From Paraspadella gotoi (taxonomy: Eukaryota > Animalia > Chaetognatha), in NCBI GenBank assembly GCA_051294375.1, contig JBJCIZ010000917.1:1-7489 (forward strand): a stretch of 7,489 nt of DNA. Reading direction: 5' to 3'. A program made the position numbers and the translations under genes. Shown piece by piece: positions 1 through 7,489 of the stretch. The first letter of the stretch is position 1. Each line of letters opens with the position of its first letter. Under the pieces are notes generated by a model that was given only the letters and a program-made list of their open reading frames with translations, did no database searches and was not told the origin of the DNA.

Positions 1-153
1 CCCGGCCCACCGCCCCACCGACACGCGTCTGAATTTCAGAGTCTGCGAACCAATTTTTAGGCATTTTTCTCTTTTCAGTTTTATAATTTTTATATCTTTT
101 ACATTAGATCTTGAATTTTCTTTTTTAGTCTTACTTTAAATTAAATCTGTATT

Positions 154-612
154 TTATCCTTTCTCCCAGAAAGTCGATCTGCCTTTTACGCGGGCGCGGC
201 CAATCTCGATGGCGTTCATCGGTCCTCGCTCGTCATCTATTTTCGCTCGCCCTTTGCTGTCGGCCGCCGAGCGCTTAGCGGCTATCGAGACGATCCACTC
301 GGAAAACGCGCTACTTTGTCCGTCGATCTCAGCGGGCCTCTGGTCGGCCTGAGATTTCGCAATGATCCCGGCGGCCATGCGACGACTGGGCTCTCACTTG
401 AGGTACGACTCATCGGGAGGGGGCGGGGGCGGCAGATATTTTGAAAGTTCTGGTGATGCTCCAACCCATTCGCCGCCACCGCCGCCCGCCGCGCCACCAC
501 CACCTTCCTCGACCTCCTCGTCGGTCTCTGAGGCGCGGCGCCGGAGTCCCGCCGGAAACGCTATAGCAGTCGCTTTTAAATTTCTTCTTTGTTTTAAATA
601 TTTTATGTTACA
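154..612 (-). other. Candidate coding segment of unknown function downstream of the Gypsy integrase (acidic/Gly/Pro-rich stretch, then a charged region)
   Basis: GC-rich island between AT-rich blocks. One minus frame is open from 612 to 154 apart from a TGA at 396-394: ...LRRRASETDEEVEEGGGGAAGGGGGEWVGASPELSKYLPPPPPPDESYLK*EPSRRMAAGIIAKSQ...FWEKG*. There is no ATG in the upstream part and no recognised domain. High GC also lowers the stop frequency. Confidence 0.3.
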
Positions 613-959
613 TTAAAACGTTAATTGTCGTTTATTCTCGTTATTGTTAGTCAGTTTTTACGTATGTTAGTTTTTGGGGCAAACTTAAACTTTTTCCCAT
701 TGCCTTTTACTGTTTTGTTTTATTTTTGCCCCCGGTTTTTTATATTCTTATTTTACTTGTGCTTCCACACTTTCTTACCTTACTATCCTATCGCCAGTCA
801 GAAATTGGTGTTCGAAACTAAATCCCGCTTCATTTCGTTCATTAGTTAAGATCATTAGTCTTGTTAAATGAACAGGGACTTTTCTCTCGCGAATGGTCGT
901 GTTTTCATCCCGCTTTTCAAACCTCTTCGCGGTAGGATACCCGCGACGCGAATCCTCAA

Positions 960-2150
960 TCAGTTTGATCTTGATTGCTATGCGGTACCACTCGGCATTC
1001 CTTTCGGCCACTGTTCTGCGCGACCCCGTCACTGCTTACCACCTGCCGGCAGATGACATAGTTTTACATCACTCAGTTTTTCTTAGTGATGACAAAGGGG
1101 TTCCTTGTTATAACTGGGCGCTAAAACCGATCGGACGTTCATTGGCGCTGGTAGGGTAGTATTTCTCGATAGAGGACCGATCTCCTTCTTGAGAAGTGAG
1201 TACTAGCGCCCGCAAATCGAGTAGCCTTTTGTCGGAGTAAACTCAACGGTCAGATATGCTTGCACAGCCTTGGAATAGCCTGTGTACTGTCTAGACTTGC
1301 AATCCCCGTAAATGCCCGCAGTAACTGGCTTTCACGCAGCCTTTGCCGTCCGTCTTCCAATGGACAGGTCAGATGACAAGCGCGATCATTCTGTCTTGTC
1401 CGGTTAAGAGACTCGAAAATGACTAAAACCCCTGTGAATTTTACATGTAAAAGCATCATAGCAACTGAACTTTTTCCGGGTCAAATCTCCCCAATGTCAG
1501 TTTGCTCCTTCACACCGTGAATTTCTCCTGCTCGACCTCAACCTCCATGCAGGATTGGTTGAGACAAGGTGCGTTATTTTAGGGTTCGGATTTGTCTGTC
1601 TGCCAAACCATCACTCGTTGAGGGATGGAAAGAGACAGTATGGGTCTGTGAATTCCCATTAATTAAAAAGGCTTTGGGTGCCTTTTTGAGCTGCAAACTG
1701 CGCAACGCCGAAATCCGTGTGGCATTGGCCGCAAACTGGCGCCAAAAAATGCGCACCCAGTTGTCCATTGTAGGCCGACCGCACAGTTCCTCTGCGGTTT
1801 GTGATTTTAGATTTGTCAGTGACACAGAATCTAGTAAAATAATCTACGATCAGTGTAAGATTGCCACAAAAACCAGTGTTCTCGGATGATGGTTTTGTCA
1901 TTACTTTTTATGTCCAGTAGCTACTCGTTTCGTTAGAAAAAACGAGCTTTGTCCTGACCAAAGGTGCCCGGAGTTCTGCTTTCCGTCCTTCGGCCACAAA
2001 TATTGCATTTGTCAATCACATATTCTATTGATCGGCTGACATCGCCGTGCAGTACCAATTGATACGTTATTCCGTTGATTAGATCCCGCATCCTAGGTGA
2101 CCCCTGGATGCCCTTTCGAGTTCATGAGCAATATGAATAATAAATTCAAC
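960..2150 (-). pseudogene. pol: Gypsy integrase (HHCC zinc finger, DDE core, GPY/F C-terminal module), heavily frameshifted
   Basis: HHCC: AHELE/GHPG (His codons 2126-2124 and 2110-2108) and KCNIC (Cys 2007-2005 and 1998-1996). Core: LLDIK (Asp 1914-1912), IVDYFTRF (1850-1827), LKSQTAEEL, DNWVRIF, HTDFG (Asp 1715-1713), HTVSFHP/TSDGLADRQIRTLK (~1642-1577). Then TGFSHFESLTG-like (~1436-1399), GPFVITKKLSDVNYVI (~1104-1052) and RVV.HSNQ.IKL (~994-961). Several motifs need single extra bases skipped. Confidence 0.9.
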
Positions 2151-2589
2151 CACCTACGACTCCCTCTTGGCACCACTGGTAAATGAGCTCGTTTATCGTG
2201 GGTCCATGGCATCAGTCCATTTGTCTGAGCAATGACTCCGTCATGCAGACTAAACTGCTGGCAACGAGTGCATGAAATGCATGCTCGAAAGCGGACGTTA
2301 TACCGTCGCGGCGTTGGCTTTCTCCTTGGCAGCTCTCCTCCATTAAGCCATTTTTCAAGTAGCTGCAGCGTCTTTCATCCTATTCCTGCGCAGATTCGCC
2401 CAATCTTGTCCACTTTGCTGGCGCTCCTTGAACGGTATCAGGTTCAGGACGCGCTGGCAGGGGTCAGCCTTCTCAGCTTCTCCGAGCCGCTCTTGTTGAT
2501 TACCCGGCGCGATTCTCTCATCTGATTTTCTTTTTGTTGCTACAGATCTTCCGGCCCAAGTCCCTGTGGGTGGCAAACATCATAACCTG

Positions 2590-3192
2590 ACTGCGCCGAC
2601 AATGCCATCTGCCAGCAACATTTCGGCATTCCTGAACCATGGACCAATTTTCCTATCTGCCTCCATTCCGAATTTGGCAATCGTTTACCCAGACATCGCA
2701 GAAGTGAATGCCCGAGACGACTTCCGATGCAATTGGAGTAAATATAAGAAGGCCTACGGCGAATGTATGACAGTGAAGTCCCTTAGCCAGTTTGCAAGGT
2801 AAGGCTTCGCATATCCTGATAGTGCCCGTCAAGAGAGGCCTTAAATTCTCGCCAAATAGCGAGGAATCAATTACTCCTTTCCTTTTTTAGGATTTCAGTC
2901 TGGAACTCCCTTATGGGCCTGTTGACCCATTAGTACAGTATCGGTCTTTCATTTTTTCCTGTACTATTCACACTTCCTTTGGGAACCCCCCCCCCAAAAC
3001 ATATCCGACGGCCAACATTTGACCAAGTACTATTGTACCAAATGGAATTCGTTTTCGAAGGTCAGAGCGCGCCAGACAAGGTGTCGCGCCACTAATAATC
3101 CTTTTCAACTCCTCAAAAGCCTTGTTGACAACTTTCATTCCATTCAAACTGGAACATCTTTTCTCCGAGAGCCTATACAATAGCGCGGAGTA
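2590..3192 (-). pseudogene. pol: Gypsy RT connection subdomain and RNase H, heavily frameshifted
   Basis: Frame-hopping translation: LYRL..KDVP/FEWNESCQQ/AFEELKRIISGATPCLARSDLRK/EFHL...SNVG/VGYVLG...GKNERPILY...KPYL...DFTV...KLVH...NVLADALSR (last motif at 2622-2593). Track ORF 2968..3180 contains part of this. Confidence 0.87.
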
Positions 3193-4276
3193 CTAAATAC
3201 AAGAAATAATAAAGGACATCTTGTTGCCCCTCGCCTAATTTTTGAAACACCAAATGTAAAATCTATTCCCTAAGATCAAAAAATTTTAAAAATTCGCTGG
3301 CAAATTTTCCCGCCTTCTATCGATTTTATCAAATGCTGATTAAGATTGCCAAAAAAATCGGAAACAAATAGCCCAAATTAAAAAAGTATAAATAAAAGTG
3401 GTAGTATTATTAATTTTTTATAAAATATAGCTACAATCCTAGTATTTAAAAAAACTCTTTTGCAAACTATTAAAAATAATTAAAAAACTTGTACTTTAAA
3501 TAATGTTTAAATATTATGTAAAAAATGCATATTTTTTTGCAGAAAAATACAAAAAATTCAAATTAACAGGAAAGGTATGGTTAATCAGATAGTTTTAATC
3601 AATTATATATGCAAATAAGGATGATATATAACTGTTTTCATTTTGTTAAAAAAAGTTTACTTTATCTATTGATATTATATAGTTTTTCATTTTTTTTGAA
3701 CCCAAAAAAAAATTATAAAGGCCTTAATAATTTAAACTAATGCGCGAATTAGAATACTAATTAATTTATGCGATTCTATGTTATTTATTCAACATGATGT
3801 CTTTAAACTCATAATATAAACAAAAAGAAAAATAAATTATTGAAAGGTTTTGTTTATGATTATAAAATGGCATCAGGCATTTCACCCCATGGTGGCTTAC
3901 CACATACTATTGTTGCCTTTTAAGTCAAGTCTGCATATTCTTTTTTTTTCTTCATTTTATTGAGTTTGATGATCAAGAAACAGAGCTCGAGATGTTTTTT
4001 TTTAATATTGATTACCAAATTTATTGTTTGTAAATATTAAAAAAACTCTCTCTTATTATTTTTGAAAATTTTTATCAAAATGCAATAAAAAACAAAGGCA
4101 TGAAACCAAAACACTTTAAAGCGAGAGTGACAAAACTAAAAGCGTGATATCAATAATAAAAATTATAGTAAATGAAAATGCCGTTTTAAGATCAGATTGT
4201 TTGGCTTAATCTCCACTCTCCATTTTTTCCATCAGCCAGGCCTCTTGGGCGCGCAAAGAGCCTAAGCATTCGCTTG

Positions 4277-4474
4277 TCACCTGGGGGGATGGCTGAAATC
4301 CCATTCAAAAGCACGCAGTTGGCTACACAAATGTTTTTTGGTGGTTGCAGAAAAATTGTTTAATCGTTCCAGGCGTCGCGCCGTCCGCAAAGAATGTTTA
4401 ACATGGCCTACTGCTAGAATCCGAGAAAGCGTTATTTCTTCTAAATCTTGAAGATGCAGAATGTAGAATTTATT
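4277..4474 (-). other. Possible coding exon or remnant, product unknown
   Basis: GC-elevated island with a 65-codon stop-free minus frame (…DLEEITLSRILAVGHVKHSLRTARRLERLNNFSATTKKHLCSQLRAFEWDFSHPPR*). There is a possible donor ccag|gtgaca at 4281/4280. No homology recognised. Confidence 0.25.
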
Positions 4475-5186
4475 TTATTTTTGTGAGGACAAATCATGAA
4501 TAATGTGGTTAAAAATATGAAATTACAAAAACCCGTGAAAACTAAAGTTGCGGGTAGCCAATGTGATTTACAAAATAGTTTCTTTGCCAATGATCCGTTT
4601 CTCTAATAAACGGGTAATAGAAAACTCGTACAAGCGACAAGACGGCGGAAAAAAAGTGGCCGGTGGTAAAGGTCAAGTTAAAAGAATGACCGGTGAGGTA
4701 ATATTTGTCAGTGGTTATCCATCTAGTTTACGAATGATGTGTTGATCATTGATTATTTGAAATGAGGAAATAATATCTAAAAATGTAAGAGGTTCCCAAA
4801 ACTTTATGTTAAATAAAAAGTATTTAGAAAAGAATTTTTATGCTAAAAAATAACAAAAAAGGTCAGAAGAATAAAAACGATAACGATTATCAAACTAAAG
4901 CCAACTTTGCCAGTCATATCATTTAACACAACCGTAGCCATTGGACCTGACAACGGGGCAATAAACTGGGTCTTGTCCCGAACGTTTTACTACATATTTG
5001 TAGTTTGAATTACAAAAATTTGGCAAGTTTAAAGTTGAGAAAGAGAGAGAGAGAGTGAAAAGAAATTCGCCTCGTTTTTCGGATCATTTTTTAGGGTAAT
5101 TTTTCTCTCTCTCAATCTCGGCCCGTTTATAACGTTGGTCATTTTTGAACGTTTATTTTTATAATTTTTATGACCGGATTTTCAGT

Positions 5187-5212
5187 CGTTTTAAAACCGT
5201 TTTAAAACCGTT
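5187..5212. repeat. Short tandem repeat, 11-bp unit CGTTTTAAAAC (2 copies plus a partial)
   Basis: Read directly. The core GTTTTAAAAC is palindromic. Confidence 0.7.
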
Positions 5213-5294
5213 ATTTTTACGGGTTTTTGCGACTTATTTTGTCACGTTATTGTCACGGAGATAAAGTCAGTTGAGAGAGACACTGAGAATGAGT

Positions 5295-5298
<4 letters not shown>

Positions 5299-5325
<27 letters not shown>
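5299..5325. repeat. (GA)13 microsatellite within a GA/GAGT-rich tract (~5272-5348)
   Basis: Read directly. Confidence 0.95.
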
Positions 5326-5597
5326 TGTGAGTGAGTGAATCAGAGAGATAAAGCTTCCTACAAAGCGTAGTCGTAGTCGCGTTCTTTCTCTCGAGAAATG
5401 GGGCAAAGTCAGACGCCGATATCGAATCAACGGCCATCTCACGTCGAGCCCTTTTTCTCCCTATGACAATGCCCAGTTGCCCACACGCCGCCACGAGCGT
5501 CAATACAATTTAGGATTATATTTATTTATTGTAAGAAATTAACATCCTTGTCATACAGACAGATCTAAAATTAATTTTGCTGAACAAATTGTAATAG

Positions 5598-5618
5598 TTA
5601 TTATTATTATTATTATTA
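5598..5618. repeat. (TTA)7 microsatellite
   Basis: Read directly. Confidence 0.9.
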
Positions 5619-6314
5619 TGGTTATTATTAATTGTACTAATATTTAACAGAGTAGTTCTTATTTAAAACGATGTTTCCAATCTTTCATGAGAATTTTTTT
5701 TCATTTTGATAAAAAAAGAAGACAGATCGGCCAGAGAAAGGGAGGGTGAGTGGTAATGGGTAAGGCCTATGGTAAGTCAATTAATATTTTTTTGGTAAAG
5801 CTTATTATAGCTGTATAAAGTTTAATGTAGCTACTAAAAGCTTTTATAAGCTTTTAGGCCTGGGATTCATTCAAACAAGAATTGCCATAAAGCTTCTGTA
5901 CATTTTATTATTTTATGTCAAAGAAAGTGTATTTCCCTTCACGCTTTTCAAAAAAAACAAATCTAATTATGATTAAGGTTCAGCCAGTTCATAGAGGGCA
6001 ACTATCAAAAGCGGGGCAATTTTGCTTCTTATTCAGTAAACCTTAAAATTTCATTTTGCCAACGACTAGTAAAGTCATTTTTTAACGCAATATCTTTCGT
6101 TAATCTGTTTTTTTTTCAATTAAAACAGCACCTACCTCAGTTATTACTACTAACTAAAAGCCAAGTCATTCCATTTATGTTATAGAATCAATTAATGATA
6201 AAATCATAACATTTATGTAGAGAGAGAGCGACGCTTATGAATAAGGATGTCATTATCATTTTATTAATCAAAAAGAATGATTAAAAATTTTTAAATTGTA
6301 AAATTCATAATGAC

Positions 6315-6568
6315 CATTATCGTCGCCCGTGGCATCTGTAAGTTGCGCGTCACTTGATAACAAACCCTCAATGGTGCCTTTAGTGACTGCCACAGATTCC
6401 ACAGACGGACCAGCCTCATTCTCTGCTTTTGACGGATTTGTTTCTTGTCTTCCCCATGCCTTCAAAATGGTTTCAAAAAAAGACTGATGAAAAAATATAA
6501 TAAACACTTTGCGCATTCTCTCCTGCTGCTTTCCCCAGGCGATACTAACAAAGGCCCATTTTGTTAAC
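6315..6568 (-). pseudogene. Two probable exons (6568-6508 and 6459 to ~6315) separated by a 48-nt intron; product unknown, possibly the end of a Myb/SANT-like domain plus an acidic tail
   Basis: Acceptor ttttttaaag|g at 6569/6568, then LTKWAFVSIAWGKQQERMRK, then a T-rich in-frame gt...ttttgaag (6507-6460), then AWGRQETNPSKAENEAGPSVESVAVTKGTIEGLLSSDAQLTDATGDDN. The 3' donor is uncertain (6365 or 6314). Overlaps track ORF 6268..6516. Confidence 0.45.
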
Positions 6569-6810
6569 CTTTAAAAAAACAAAATTGTACAGATATTTTG
6601 GATAAACGTTAAGATTGGGTTAAAGCAATCTATTTAAACTAGAAATGAAAATAGATTTCGGAAGTGTTAACGATTTTAAAGTTCTTGCTCGACTTCAGTT
6701 CTGCTAAATATCTACAGAAAAAAAAATAAAAATAAATAAAAAATAAACAAAAGAGTTGGAGCTAAAACCGTTTGAAATAAAAATAAACTAAAAGTTATTT
6801 TTTAGTTAGC

Positions 6811-7082
6811 TTATTCGGATAAGGTGGCAGCGAAAATTGCTATGAGAGGGATTTTGGAAAATGTTACTAGTTTTCTAAGATATTTAGAATTTAATGCCAT
6901 AAATTTTGCTTATCTTTTTTTATTTCCTATGAAAGATAAGTGAATTTACAACAAAAATTCCTCTCATAGAATTGGACCCTTGCTTCCTCAAGTAAATTTA
7001 TGTAAATTTCATGAAAATTGCCCCTTAGACCGCTTTGGGCCCGCAACTCTTCGGAATGGTCTTCTTTTATTTTAGTATGTAT
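6811..7082 (-). pseudogene. Probable upstream exon of the same gene remnant, interrupted by the 130-bp insert
   Basis: IHTKIKEDHSEELRAQSGLRGNFHEIYINLLEEARVQ (7082 to ~6972) continues in frame as FSLPPYPNK once 6840-6969 and one AATTG copy are removed. An in-frame TAA lies at 7085-7083 with an ATG at 7136 further upstream. Confidence 0.35.
6840..6969. mobile_element. 130-bp MITE-like insertion with 16-bp imperfect TIRs and a 5-bp flanking duplication
   Basis: CTATGAGAGGGATTTT (6840-6855) matches the reverse complement of AAAATTCCTCTCATAG (6954-6969) at 15/16. AATTG lies directly on both sides (6835-6839 and 6970-6974). The interior is AT-rich. Confidence 0.5.
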
Positions 7083-7489
7083 TTATAATTCGAAAAACAG
7101 CAATTGGATTCGAAGAGAGATAAAGCTGAGATACATTTTCAGGAATCAACTGTGACCTCTACTTTTCGAATACGATGCTTTATTTAATCCTATTATTAAC
7201 TTTTGGCCAGTGATCCCAGGCCTTAAAAAGGATATTGACTGCGTTATGTGGCTTTGTACTTATTTTCCATTTTGCTTAATTTTTAACAATTTTTTATGAA
7301 AATACTTATCTTTTAGAATCGCTCAATATTTATATAAACAGATTTTTAAAAATTTTTATGGATTAAAATGGGTTTAAATTCTTTGTTTTAGCTATATTTC
7401 ACTTAAAAAAGTGAACATAACCAGCTTTCTTTGAGATCAAATTTAGCTATTTTTTACAATTTTTTTGCATCAAATTGCTTTATAAAATC

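Larger units (their letters stand above)
780..3192 (-). mobile_element. Ty3/Gypsy (Metaviridae-type) LTR retrotransposon, 5'-truncated internal pol fragment
   Basis: Manual translation across frameshifts gives the order RT connection, RNase H, integrase with Gypsy-type motifs (W...CQ.AFEELK, N.LADALSR, VDYFTRF, HP.SDG...RTLK, GPF). The left boundary is approximate and no LTR was identified. Confidence 0.9.
5857..7222. mobile_element. Candidate non-autonomous PIF/Harbinger-like DNA transposon (1366 bp)
   Basis: Perfect 10-bp TIRs GGCCTGGGAT (5857-5866) and ATCCCAGGCC (7213-7222), with TTA on both flanks (5854-5856 and 7223-7225). A 3-bp TTA/TAA duplication and G-starting TIRs are established PIF/Harbinger hallmarks. 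No transposase was found inside. Confidence 0.6.

Noticed and set aside
362-616. Plus-strand Pro/Ser/Gly-rich ORF (84 aa)
   Set aside because: It is the exact antisense register of the minus-strand frame and runs into T-rich sequence, so it is more likely a shadow ORF. The coding strand cannot be proven from sequence alone.
1-800. Polypurine tract and 3' LTR of the retroelement
   Set aside because: Purine runs exist on the minus strand (e.g. 153-168), but none is followed by a clear TG-starting terminus and there is no second LTR to compare.
625-849. Hydrophobic Phe/Leu-rich ORF resembling a membrane protein
   Set aside because: It is a by-product of T-rich low-complexity sequence and has a non-ATG start.
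1200-1380. Cys-containing minus-strand peptides suggestive of an env glycoprotein
   Set aside because: They lie between the integrase core and the GPF motif, so they are frameshifted integrase linker.
868-2802. Plus-strand ORFs 868..1056, 893..1159, 1569..1889, 2232..2525 and 2566..2802
   Set aside because: All are antisense to the recognisable pol remnant and show no motifs of their own.
780-3192. Ty1/Copia or BEL/Pao assignment
   Set aside because: Integrase lies downstream of RNase H, which excludes Copia, and the motifs are Gypsy-type rather than the BEL-type APW.GG..ER.
4229-4302. Branched hairpin considered as a hammerhead or HDV-like ribozyme
   Set aside because: The stems are only 4-5 bp, the minus strand has CTGATGG rather than CUGAUGA with no suitably placed GAAA, and I could not build the HDV pseudoknot.
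4548-4745. 65-aa plus-strand ORF
   Set aside because: It has a non-ATG start, no motif and no convincing splice context.
5242-5503. Two minus-strand ORFs with LSLSLS runs
   Set aside because: Their open frames and composition are largely explained by the GA microsatellite.
1-7489. CRISPR array, tRNA, rRNA or prokaryotic operon/defence system
   Set aside because: I saw no regularly spaced repeats, RNA gene signatures or dense long ORFs, and the architecture is eukaryotic.

Overview
Eukaryotic-looking, AT-rich DNA with no prokaryotic gene structure. One short candidate intron hints at an invertebrate such as a nematode, but this is inference. Positions ~780-3190 hold the 3' half of a Ty3/Gypsy pol gene on the minus strand (RT connection, RNase H, HHCC-DDE-GPY/F integrase). 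It is broken by frequent 1-nt insertions, mostly homopolymer extensions, so no ORF in the track shows it whole. It starts abruptly near 3190 with no RT core, gag or LTR. Downstream is a GC-rich, nearly open minus-strand frame (154-612) in the extra-ORF/env position. The right part holds a candidate 1366-bp PIF/Harbinger-like element (5857-7222; 10-bp TIRs, TTA duplication) carrying spliced, possibly Myb/SANT-like exon remnants. One exon is interrupted by a 130-bp MITE-like insert whose removal restores the frame. Microsatellites and weak exon candidates lie in between. I cannot support a new biological system; the insertion pattern is most likely a sequencing artefact.
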